64,000 nt of DNA from an uncultured Actinomycetes bacterium (lineage in GTDB: Bacteria; Actinomycetota; UBA4738; HRBIN12): assembly GCA_963766935.1 (NCBI GenBank), contig CAVYBY010000007.1, forward strand, positions 3,911 through 67,910, in the 5' to 3' direction. Each line of letters opens with the position of its first letter. Position 1 is the stretch's first letter. Under the pieces are notes generated by a model. The model ran no database searches. It was not told the DNA's origin and saw nothing but the letters and a program-made list of their open reading frames with translations. This document shows, piece by piece, positions 37,202 through 46,417 of the stretch. Made by a program: the position numbers and the translations under genes.

Positions 37202-39043
37202 ATGAGCGACCACACGCAGCTCTGGAACGAACTCGCCGCCCAGATCGCGATCGACAGCATCCGGGCGACCACCGCGGCGGGATCGGGCCACCCGACGTCC
37301 TCCATGTCGATGGCCCACCTGTTGTCGGTGCTGTATGCCGACCACCTCCAAACCGACATCTCGGATCCCAAGCGCCTCGAGGCCGACCGGTTCGTCTTGT
37401 CGAAGGGTCACGCCGCGCCGGCCCTCTACGCCGTGTTGAAAGCCGTCGGGGCGATCAGCGACAAGCAGCTCCTGTCGCTTCGCAAGATGGGGTCTCCGAT
37501 CCAAGGACACCCGGTGCCGCTGCCCGAGATGCCGTGGATCGACGTGGCGACCGGATCGCTCGGGCAAGGTCTCGCCGTCGGCCTCGGGATGGCGCTCGCA
37601 AAGCGCCTCGACGGCGCACCCGGCCGGATCTGGGTGCTGATGGGCGACTCGGAGGTAGCCGAGGGCTCGGTGTGGGAGGCGGCGGAGGCGGCGGCGTTTC
37701 ACGGCGCCTCGCAGCTGACGGCGATCCTCGACCTCAACCGTCTCGGCCAGCAGGGTCCGACGATGCACGGCTGGGCCTCCGACGTCTTCGCGCGCCGCGC
37801 CCATGCCTACGGCTGGGAGGCCCTCGAGATCGACGGGCACGACGTGTCGCAGATCCACGACGCGTATCTGGCCGCGGAACGAAACACCAGCCCGACGCTG
37901 ATCGTCGCCCGGACCGAGAAGGGCCACGGCGTCAGCTTTCTCGCCGACAAGGAGGGGTGGCACGGCAAGGCTCTCGACGACGAACAGGCCGAGAAGGCGA
38001 TCACGGAGCTCGGCGGCGAGCGCCATCTGTCCGTGACGCCGCCCTCTCCGCCGCCCTGGCAGCCGGTCGACCTGCGGCGCGCCGATCCCGCCCAGGCGCC
38101 CACCTACGACGGCCCGGTCGCGACCCGAAAGGCATTCGGCCAGGCCCTCGCCTGGCTGGCCGGACACCGCCCCGACCTCGTCGTCCTCGACGGAGAGGTG
38201 GGCAACTCGACGTACACCGAGGACGTGCGGGCCGTCGCCCCCGAGCACTTCATCCAGATGTACATCGCGGAACAATCGCTGCTGGGGGTTCAGACCGGTC
38301 TGCAGGCGATGGGCAAGACGGCGTTCGCCGCGACCTTCGGCGCGTTCTGGACCCGCGCTCACGATCAGGTGCGGATGGGGGCCATCTCGCGCGCGGACCT
38401 TCGCATCTCGGGGTCGCACGCCGGCGTCTCGATCGGCGAGGACGGCCCGTCCCAGATGGCGGTCGAGGACCTCGCCTCGTTCCGCGCGCTTGCCGGGTCG
38501 ACGGTCTTGTACCCGGCCGACGGGAACTCGACCGTGCAACTGGCCGCGACGATGGCCGACCTGGAGGGCATCTCGTACTTGCGCAGCACCCGCGAGGCGA
38601 CCCCGGCCCTCTACGACGCAGCCGAGACGTTCCCCGTTGGCGGGTCCAAGACCCTTCGAACGTCCGAGGACGACCGCGTGGCGCTCGTCGGAGCGGGGAT
38701 CACGCTGCACCAGTGCCTCGAAGCCGCAGACCGGCTGGGCGCCGACGGCATCGCCGCGCGCGTGATCGACGCGTACTCGGTGAAGCCGGTCGACGCCGAG
38801 ACGCTTCGCACTGCGCTCGCCGAGACCGGCCTCGTCGTGACGGTCGAGGATCACCGGCCCGAGGGCGGACTGGGCGACGCGGTCCTCGCGGCGCTTGCCG
38901 CCGGGGGTGAGCTGAGCGGCCGAGTCGTGATGCTCGCCGTCACCGAGCTCCCGGGGTCGGGCAGCGCGACCGAGCTCCGCGCATGGGCGGGGATCGACGC
39001 GGCCTCGATCGCGGCGCGGGTTCGCACCGAGCTGGAGAGCTGA
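37202..39043 (+). CDS. tkt: Transketolase (short ~610-aa type)
   Basis: SGHPTSSMS, LSKGHAAP, ATGSLGQG, GDSEVAEG (TPP motif), IAEQ, GEDGPSQM. Confidence 0.92.
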   Translation: MSDHTQLWNELAAQIAIDSIRATTAAGSGHPTSSMSMAHLLSVLYADHLQTDISDPKRLEADRFVLSKGHAAPALYAVLKAVGAISDKQLLSLRKMGSPIQGHPVPLPEMPWIDVATGSLGQGLAVGLGMALAKRLDGAPGRIWVLMGDSEVAEGSVWEAAEAAAFHGASQLTAILDLNRLGQQGPTMHGWASDVFARRAHAYGWEALEIDGHDVSQIHDAYLAAERNTSPTLIVARTEKGHGVSFLADKEGWHGKALDDEQAEKAITELGGERHLSVTPPSPPPWQPVDLRRADPAQAPTYDGPVATRKAFGQALAWLAGHRPDLVVLDGEVGNSTYTEDVRAVAPEHFIQMYIAEQSLLGVQTGLQAMGKTAFAATFGAFWTRAHDQVRMGAISRADLRISGSHAGVSIGEDGPSQMAVEDLASFRALAGSTVLYPADGNSTVQLAATMADLEGISYLRSTREATPALYDAAETFPVGGSKTLRTSEDDRVALVGAGITLHQCLEAADRLGADGIAARVIDAYSVKPVDAETLRTALAETGLVVTVEDHRPEGGLGDAVLAALAAGGELSGRVVMLAVTELPGSGSATELRAWAGIDAASIAARVRTELES

Positions 39044-39056
39044 GCCCCCCTGCGGG

Positions 39057-41336
39057 CTACGAGATCGCCAGCGCGCCCTTGGGAGTCGGCACACCGGCAA
39101 GCGCGAACGAGATGATCTCCTCCGGTGGAACCGGTCGCGAGAACAGGTACCCCTGCCCGAGCTTGCAGCCGCGCACCTTGAGGAACCGCAGCTCGTCCTC
39201 GGTCTCGATCCCCTCGGCAAGCGTCGTCATCCCGAGCCCATGGGCCAGCTGGAGGAATGCCGAGACGATGCTGGCGGCCTGCGGATCCGCGTGCACGTCC
39301 TGGACGAAGGAGCGGTCGATCTTGAGCAGACCGACCGGCATCTGCCGCAACCGTGACAGCGACGAGTAGCCGGTTCCGAAGTCGTCGATCGCGATCTGCA
39401 GGCCGCCGCGGCGCAGGCTCCACAGGATCTCCTGCGCCCGGTCGGGGTCCATCATCGCCGAGGACTCGGTGATCTCGACGATGAGACGCTCCGCGCTGAC
39501 CCCGGCGTCACGGATCCGGGAGAGGATCCGCTCGGCGAGATCGGGCTGCCAGAACTGACGCGCCGACAGGTTGAATCCGACATCGAGCTCGATCCCCAGG
39601 TCGCGCCAGGCCTGGACTTGGTAGAGGAGCTCGCGAACGACCCAGTCGCCGATCGACTCGATGAGCCCGAGCTCCTCGGCGATCGGGATGAACTCGGCCG
39701 GCGGAACCATCGTGCCGTCGGGCTCGACCCATCGGATGAGCGCTTCGACGCCGACCATCCGACTCGTCTCCAGCTCCACGACCGGCTGGTAGTGAAGGAT
39801 CCAGCGCTGGCTCTCGACCGCCTTGCGCAGCCGCGTGACGAACCGCAGCTTGGCCGTCGAGTCGTCGCTTCCACCCGACGCCACCGCGTAGGCGCGTCCG
39901 CCGCCCTTCTTTGCCTCGAACATGGCCGCCTCCGCGTTTCGCACGAGCGCGGGGGCATCCATCGCGTCCTGCGGGTAGAAGCTGACACCGATGCTGACGG
40001 GAACGAAGAGCTCGGTTCCCGAGACGATGAACGGCGCCATCATCGACTCGTGGATGCGCTGGGCGATCGACTCCACCCGGTACATCGCCGATTCCAGGTC
40101 GTCTCCGACCTCGCGCTCGAGATCGGCCAGCAGCAGGAGGAACTGGTCTCCGCCGCGGCGAGCGACCAGGTCGGTCTCGCGGGTCGCCTCTCGAAGGCGC
40201 TCGGCGACCATCCGCAACAGCACGTCGCCGTTCTGGTGGCCGAGCGAGTCGTTCACCAGCCGGAAGTCGTCCAGGTCCACACACACGACGGCGACCGAGC
40301 CCTCGTGCCGCTGCGCGCGCGAGATCGACAGCTCCAAGAGCTCCTCGAACATCGCGCGGCTCGGCAGTCCGGTCAGCTCGTCGTGGTAGGCGAGGAACGC
40401 CATTTGGTCCTCGCGGCGCTTGCGATTCGAGACGTCGAGCATCACGCCGTGTGAGTAGCGGGGCTGATCGTGCTGGTCGCGCACGATCGCGGCCTCGTCG
40501 TGGATCCATACGGTGTGGCCGTCCTTGTGGAAGAGGCGGTACTCCATCCAGAACGGCTCGCCGGTCTCGTTGTGACGGAGATTGTCGGCGATCGCGCGCT
40601 GGCGGTCGTCGGGGTGCAACAGCTTCGGCCAGAGCTCGGGGTCGGCGTACCACTCCTCGGGCGTGTACCCGAGAAGCTGCTCGATCTGCGGGCTGATGAA
40701 CAGCGACGAGGCCTGAGCGTCGACCGCGTCGATGTAGGTCACCGCCGGTCCGTGCTCGACCATCGCCCGGAACTTGTCGGACTCGTACTCGCGCCGTTCC
40801 TCTTCGCGTTCTTGCTGCAGCGCGGCGCCGAACGTACCCGCCGCGGAGCGCAGGATGGCGATCTCGACGCCCGTCCACAGCCGGTCGACGTGGGCGTCCT
40901 CGAAACCCATGAAGCCCCACCAGCCGTCGGTGTGATGGACCGGAACGAGGATCAGGGAGCGCGTGCCACCTCGCTCGAGGATCGTCCGCTCTTCGTCGGG
41001 AAACGTCGTCACGGGGCCGTGAATGACCTCGCCACGCGAGAGGTCGTTCAACCACCGGACGAAGGAGGGGTGATACGGGTTGAGCTCGCCGATCGAGTCC
41101 GAGGAGAAGGGGCGGGCGCCCTCGGCCAGCCAGTGGCCACGAAGACTCATCCACAATCGGCCGTCGGGACCCCGGACGTTCTCGAACAGCCAGACGCGAT
41201 CGGCGCCCACCGACGCACCCAGATTCCCGAGGGCCTCGTCCACTCGGGTCCGCCAGCCGGCGTCCTTCAACAGCCGCTCCGCTGCGAACCCAGCTGCGGC
41301 GAGCACGGCTTCACCACGTCCCGCGGGCACCCCCAT
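39057..41336 (-). CDS. GAF-PAS-GGDEF-EAL c-di-GMP signalling protein (GGDQF variant)
   Basis: GAF-like N-terminus, PAS (ISPQIEQLLGY...LHPDD), DELTGLP, DLDDFRLVNDSLGH, RRGGDQF, YQP, EAL, EITES, DDFGTGYSSL, AEGIET, GQGYLF. Confidence 0.93.
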   Translation of the reverse strand: MGVPAGRGEAVLAAAGFAAERLLKDAGWRTRVDEALGNLGASVGADRVWLFENVRGPDGRLWMSLRGHWLAEGARPFSSDSIGELNPYHPSFVRWLNDLSRGEVIHGPVTTFPDEERTILERGGTRSLILVPVHHTDGWWGFMGFEDAHVDRLWTGVEIAILRSAAGTFGAALQQEREEERREYESDKFRAMVEHGPAVTYIDAVDAQASSLFISPQIEQLLGYTPEEWYADPELWPKLLHPDDRQRAIADNLRHNETGEPFWMEYRLFHKDGHTVWIHDEAAIVRDQHDQPRYSHGVMLDVSNRKRREDQMAFLAYHDELTGLPSRAMFEELLELSISRAQRHEGSVAVVCVDLDDFRLVNDSLGHQNGDVLLRMVAERLREATRETDLVARRGGDQFLLLLADLEREVGDDLESAMYRVESIAQRIHESMMAPFIVSGTELFVPVSIGVSFYPQDAMDAPALVRNAEAAMFEAKKGGGRAYAVASGGSDDSTAKLRFVTRLRKAVESQRWILHYQPVVELETSRMVGVEALIRWVEPDGTMVPPAEFIPIAEELGLIESIGDWVVRELLYQVQAWRDLGIELDVGFNLSARQFWQPDLAERILSRIRDAGVSAERLIVEITESSAMMDPDRAQEILWSLRRGGLQIAIDDFGTGYSSLSRLRQMPVGLLKIDRSFVQDVHADPQAASIVSAFLQLAHGLGMTTLAEGIETEDELRFLKVRGCKLGQGYLFSRPVPPEEIISFALAGVPTPKGALAIS

Positions 41337-41497
41337 ACGCCTTCCTATCGGCCACCCGTTGGGGCCCCTGGAGTCAGCCGGCTGGGCGTCGACCGGCAGA
41401 GGGGGGTGCTCGGCAGCGGACCCGGGCCGCCCGGCCGGGTGGCGGCCGCCGAATCACCGACAGGGCGAGGCTCCCGCCCTGTTACCCTTCACCAGTC

Positions 41498-41785
41498 ATG
41501 GCGGACTATCGCGAGATCCTGCACGAGCGCCTCTACCTTCGGGAACCGGGAACGGACCGGCTCCGAAAGACGGCGGCGGCCCGGCTCAAGCACCTGGCAG
41601 CCGTCGGATGGCGGGAGGTCGAGCGCCAGCAGCTCGCCGACCACCTGATGCTCCGCTTCGAGCGGACCGGACACCCTCCGATGAAGGCTCGGATCCCCAA
41701 ACGCGGGCCCGAGGTCAAGATCGAACGCCGCCCGAGGCGCGACGGACCCGGCGGGTCCGGCGGTCGTGGGCGTGGGCGGCGCTAG
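41498..41785 (+). CDS. Hypothetical 95-aa basic protein with a Gly/Arg-rich tail
   Basis: ATG-initiated ORF with normal GC3 bias that fills the intergenic space. No family recognised. Confidence 0.6.
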   Translation: MADYREILHERLYLREPGTDRLRKTAAARLKHLAAVGWREVERQQLADHLMLRFERTGHPPMKARIPKRGPEVKIERRPRRDGPGGSGGRGRGRR

Positions 41786-41875
41786 GCCGGACGAACCGCG
41801 CCTGAAGGCCGACCGATCCGAATATCATCCGGTTGGGGCTAGCTTCCTCCGGACATCATGCGATACGCTCGTGGG

Positions 41876-43312
41876 ATGAGCGCTCAGGGATTCGACGGGC
41901 ACGACCGGCCGGCCCACCGCGAGCCACACGCCCATGCGGCACGGCAGCCGTTTCCCTATCCGCTTCGGCGCGAGTTCCGCGAGCCCGATTGGACCCGGCA
42001 TCCCCGGATACCGCGACGTCACCGAGGCGGAGTGGCTGTCGGCTCAGTGGCAGCGCGCCCACAGCGTGAAGAACCTGAAGCAGTTCGCCGACGCCCTCGG
42101 GGAAGCTTCTTCCCGAGGATCTCCTGGCCGACATCGATGCCGACCAGCGCGAGCGGGCCACGATGTCCATGCTCATCCCGCCGCAGATGATCAACACGAT
42201 GAACGAGGCGGACTTGTGGGCCGACCCGATCCGCCGCTACATGGCGCCGGCGCTCTCGGATCGCGAGGTCGAGTTCCCGTCGCACCCGCTTGTCCTCGCG
42301 CGACTCCCTGCACGAGGCGGACATGTGGGCGGTCGAGGGCCTCACCCATCGCTACCCGACCAAGGTCCTGGCCGAGCTCATCCCGACCTGTCCCCAGTAC
42401 TGCGGCCACTGCACGCGGATGGACCTGGTCGGCAACGACACGCTGCAGGTTCTCAAGTACAAGTTCGAGGTCAAGCAGAACGACCGGTGGACCCAGATGC
42501 TCGAGTACCTGCGAGAGAACGCCACAGGTGCGCGACGTGGTGGTCTCCGGCGGAGACATGGCCAACGTTCCCATCAAGCGCCTCGAGGACTTCGTGATGA
42601 AGCTGCTCGAGATCGAGAACATCCGCGACATCCGTCTGGCCACCAAGGGCCTCATGGGCATCCCGCAGCACTTCCTCCAGGACGACGTGCGGGCGGCGGC
42701 CGAGCGGATGGCGACGACGCGCGCGCGAGCGCGGCGTCGACATCGCGATCCACACGCACGTGAACGCGGCCCAGCAGGTGACGCCGCTCGTCGCGCGGGC
42801 GGCCGGGGTCTTCCTCGACGCCGGGTTCCGCGACGTGCGCAACCAGGGTGTGCTGCTTCGCGGCGTCAACACCACGGTCGACGAGCTTCTCGAGCTGTGC
42901 TTCATGCTGCTCGACCACGCCAAGGTGATGCCCTACTACTTCTACATGTGCGACATGATCCCCAACGCCGAGCACTGGCGTCTGTCCGTGGCGGAGGCCC
43001 AGGACCTGCAGTTCGGGATCATGGGCTACCTGCCCGGCTTCGCGACGCCGCGCGTCGTCTGCGACGTGCCGTTCGTCGGGAAGCGCTGGGTCCACCAGAT
43101 CGCTGTCGTACGACCGCACGACCGGCATCAGCCAGTGGCGCAAGAACTACCGGACCGGCATCGAGGACGGCGATGCCGAGGCGCTCACGCGCACGTACCA
43201 GTACTTCGATCCGATCTCGACCCTCCCCGAGGAGGGCAAGACCTGGTGGCGTGAGCAGGTGGCCCGCGGCGTCGACGAGCTGATCGCCGAGCTGAGTCCC
43301 GAGCGCGTGTGA
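41876..43312 (+). CDS. KamA family radical SAM protein (lysine 2,3-aminomutase-like); six apparent +1 frameshifts
   Basis: Reassembled from 5 ORF pieces: THRYPTKVL, CPQYCGHC (CxxxCxxC), VVSGGD, IRLATK, HTHVN, NQGVLLRGVN, PYYFYMCD, GYLPGFATP. Indels near 41997, 42100, 42289, 42518, 42720 and 43105. Start and stop are in the same net frame. Confidence 0.85.
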
Positions 43313-44160
43313 GCAGCCTGCTCCACGTCGTCTCGGCACAGGTGGCGCCCGTGCCCGGCGACCCGGTCGCGACCTTCGACGTCTTCGAGCAAACCTGCCG
43401 CACGATCCGGACCTCGATTCCCGAAGCGCAGCTGTATCTGTTTCCCGAGCTGTTCCTGACCGGCGACCATCCGTTTCATCGCTCGACCCCTCCCGAGAAC
43501 CTGGCGGAGCCCGTCCCGGGACCGCTGACCGAGCGGGTGGCGGCCGTCGCGCGGCGAACGAAGCGGTGGATCCTCGCCGGATCGATCTACGAGCGCGCCT
43601 CGGCAGGCCGCATCTACAACACGGCGATCGCGTTGTCGCCGGCCGGCGAGCTGGTCGCCGCCTACCGCAAGCTCTTCCCCTGGATGCCGTTCGAGCACAC
43701 GACGCCGGGAGATGCCCCACCGCCGGTCTTCGAGATTCCGCGTGTCGGCAAGGTCGGCGTGATGATCTGCTACGACGGCTGGTTCCCGGAGGTGCCCAGG
43801 GCGCTGGCGCTCCGCGGAGCCGAGGTGATCCTTCATCCGACGCTGACCTCCACGCCCGACCGGGAGGAGGAGCTCGTGCTCGCGCGCGCGAACGCGATCG
43901 CGAACCAGTGCTACGTCCTCAACGTGAACTCGTCGCTGACGGTCGGTGGCGGGCAGTCGATCGGCGTCGACCCTGAGGGCCGCGTTCTGTTCGAGGGCGG
44001 CTCGGGACAAGAGCTCTTCTCCGAAGTCCTCGACCTCGCCCGCGTCCGCACCGTCCGGGAGCACGGCACGCGCGGTCTCACGAGGCCGCTTCGGCAGTTC
44101 GAGCAGGACGCTCCTGCCGCGGTCTTCGAGGCCTACCGGGGACGCGGCCGGCGCAGGTAG
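43309..44160 (+). CDS. Carbon-nitrogen hydrolase (nitrilase superfamily)
   Basis: Catalytic triad FPE, YRK, ICYD. The GTG start overlaps the kamA stop (GTGA). Confidence 0.9.
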   Translation: MSSLLHVVSAQVAPVPGDPVATFDVFEQTCRTIRTSIPEAQLYLFPELFLTGDHPFHRSTPPENLAEPVPGPLTERVAAVARRTKRWILAGSIYERASAGRIYNTAIALSPAGELVAAYRKLFPWMPFEHTTPGDAPPPVFEIPRVGKVGVMICYDGWFPEVPRALALRGAEVILHPTLTSTPDREEELVLARANAIANQCYVLNVNSSLTVGGGQSIGVDPEGRVLFEGGSGQELFSEVLDLARVRTVREHGTRGLTRPLRQFEQDAPAAVFEAYRGRGRRR

Positions 44161-44879
44161 CTCGCGGCCCCGACTCCGATCGCCACGACCGCCGCCGCGC
44201 CTCCGATCAGCCCGATCCGGGACCACGGCGGCCCGTTCGAGCCGTCGCCGCCGGGCGGCTGCGACGGCGAGGCGGGAGTGATGCTCGCGCCCGGGGTCGC
44301 GGTCGGGGTCTCCGCCGCCGGGACCAGCGGATGCCGGGGCCTGCCGTTTCCGAGGACGTCGCACGTGTTCTCGTCGCGGACGACCACGGTCCAGTCGAGG
44401 GTCGAAAGACCCGGCGAGGCTCCGCTCGGGTCTTCCTCCTCGCTCAGGATCCGCCCGGGAACCTGGATCCGCATGGTGCGGCCGTCGATCCGCGGCGGCG
44501 AGAAGGAATCCGAGCCCGCCTCCGGGATCAGGATGATCTGGGTCTGCGCGTCGCGCACCGCGTCGTAGCGAACGATCCGGTTGACGTCGTGGTAGAAGCC
44601 GACGTTGAACGCGGGCACGTTCGGGTCGTGCAGCAAGATGTCGACCCGGAACGGACGGCCGACGCGGTCGGGCACCGTGAGCGGCTCGGCGAACCGCAGC
44701 GTCCACAGGGCCGACGTCCCCAGCTCGACGATGCTCCCGCTCGCGGAGACCAGATCCGGGGGGTTGCCGCGACCGGCCCCGGTTCCTCCGCACCGCGTGG
44801 AGTCCCCGGACGGATCGGCGGCCGCGACGAGCACCGGCACGAGGGCGATCAGAAGCGCCGCCCGGGCGCCCCGCCTCAG
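44133..44879 (-). CDS. Hypothetical exported protein with a signal peptide, P/T/S linker and C-terminal membrane anchor
   Basis: [21 protein letters not shown] signal-like start, [18 protein letters not shown] linker, [27 protein letters not shown] tail. The start codon is uncertain (CTG overlapping the plc stop). Confidence 0.6.
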   Translation of the reverse strand: MRRGARAALLIALVPVLVAAADPSGDSTRCGGTGAGRGNPPDLVSASGSIVELGTSALWTLRFAEPLTVPDRVGRPFRVDILLHDPNVPAFNVGFYHDVNRIVRYDAVRDAQTQIILIPEAGSDSFSPPRIDGRTMRIQVPGRILSEEEDPSGASPGLSTLDWTVVVRDENTCDVLGNGRPRHPLVPAAETPTATPGASITPASPSQPPGGDGSNGPPWSRIGLIGGAAAVVAIGVGAASYLRRPRPR

Positions 44880-46408
44880 GACGAGGGACAGTCGCGTTCC
44901 TTGAGGATCAGCGGGTCGAGCCTCGGCTCCTGCGTGAAGTCGAACGCGCCTTGGAGCGGGTTCGCCTGCGCGTCCCGATCGGTCATCGGGGCGAGCCCGT
45001 GGAGGTCCTCCATGAACCGGAGCACCGAGGAGAACTCGTACGTGGTCGAGTCGATGTAGCCGCCGTCGGCGTTGCTGCCTTGTCGCGTCCACGGCGAGAT
45101 GATGAGCGCCGGGGTGCGGGGGCCGAGCCCCATGACGTCGTAGTGGGGCGGCACGACGTGGTCGTACATGCCGCCGAAGTCGTCCCAGACCATCACGACG
45201 GCCGTCGAGGACCAGTACTTCGACTGCATGATCTCGTTGAGGTACTGGACGGTCCAGTTCTCGCCCTCACACACGTTCGTGCCCGAGCCCGGATGTTCGT
45301 TCGGGTTTCCCTCCGGCGGGACGAGCCACGAGACCGCGGGGAGCTGCCCGTTGTGGAGGTCGTCGAGAAAGACGGGCGACTCCTGCACCTTCTGCCACAT
45401 CGGCCCGAACCGCACGTGCCGGACGGCCTGGAGCGCGTTCATCCAGTGGTTCGGGGCGGAGTAGTACCGCCACGTGATGCCCGCCTGTTCGAGCTCGTCG
45501 GGCAGCACCTTGATATCGATGCACGTGGACGTGTCGACCCAGTAGTGCGCGATCGCGAACTGGTTCTCGGGGGCGACCGTGAAGTTGTCCTCCAGCTTCA
45601 TGATCCTTTTCACGTCGCTCTTGCTGAGGCTCTCGATCGGGAACCGGCGGGTGTGCTCGGTCGGGTCGTCGCAATAGTTGCCCGGGTGATCCGTCGTCGT
45701 CTTGTTGTCGACGATGCCGTAGGACTGCGCCGCCACCGTGTAGAGGTGCTCCGGGAACGTCGGACCGAACATCGACGTGAAGAAGTGGTCGGCCAGGACG
45801 AACCGGTCGGCGTAGGCCCAGTACGCGGGCAGCTGGTCGCGCGAGTACTCCGTGTACCCGCTCATGTCCTCGCCGTTGACCACGCAGTTGAAGCCGTCCA
45901 TCTTCCCGCCGTCGATCGAGATGAGGCCGGGGAAGAACGAGTGGCCGAGGTCGTGCGGCATGACGTACGGCGCGCGCGTCAGGGGGACGGTCGGACCCGG
46001 CTTCTTCGGGTAGTCGCTGTCGCACTGAAGGGTCTTGCCCTGCGTCGTGCCGTCCGCGCCCGGATACAGACCGAAGTACTGGTCGAAGGCCCGGTTCTCC
46101 TTGATCAGAAAGATGACGTGCTTGATCGGGTTCTGGCCGGGCACGATGACGCCCGCAGGGTTGCTCGGCGGCGGACCGGTGGCCGTGGACGTCGAAGCCG
46201 GTGGGGTGGTTCCGGTCGACTGGGCGGAGGGCGAGCCTGGTCCGGCGGCGGTGCCGGACCCGCCCGGAGAACCCCAGACCACCTGCCAGCCGACCAGCAG
46301 TCCCAGGACGACGACGAACGACACCACGGCGCGGAAGCGCGCGATCGCTTGGCGGGTCCGACGCCGATCGACCGACGCCGGGCGGACGACCGGGCGCTGG
46401 GGTTGCAC
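44876..46408 (-). CDS. Phospholipase C / acid phosphatase (phosphoesterase family, PlcH/AcpA-like), N-terminally membrane-anchored
   Basis: [75 protein letters not shown]. Confidence 0.88.
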   Translation of the reverse strand: MQPQRPVVRPASVDRRRTRQAIARFRAVVSFVVVLGLLVGWQVVWGSPGGSGTAAGPGSPSAQSTGTTPPASTSTATGPPPSNPAGVIVPGQNPIKHVIFLIKENRAFDQYFGLYPGADGTTQGKTLQCDSDYPKKPGPTVPLTRAPYVMPHDLGHSFFPGLISIDGGKMDGFNCVVNGEDMSGYTEYSRDQLPAYWAYADRFVLADHFFTSMFGPTFPEHLYTVAAQSYGIVDNKTTTDHPGNYCDDPTEHTRRFPIESLSKSDVKRIMKLEDNFTVAPENQFAIAHYWVDTSTCIDIKVLPDELEQAGITWRYYSAPNHWMNALQAVRHVRFGPMWQKVQESPVFLDDLHNGQLPAVSWLVPPEGNPNEHPGSGTNVCEGENWTVQYLNEIMQSKYWSSTAVVMVWDDFGGMYDHVVPPHYDVMGLGPRTPALIISPWTRQGSNADGGYIDSTTYEFSSVLRFMEDLHGLAPMTDRDAQANPLQGAFDFTQEPRLDPLILKERDCPSS

Positions 46409-46417
46409 GGCCGCAGT

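Noticed and set aside
41876-43312. kamA as EF-P beta-lysylation epmB or as ablA
   Set aside because: No efp, epmA or ablB is nearby, and the protein is longer than EpmB. It is left as KamA family.
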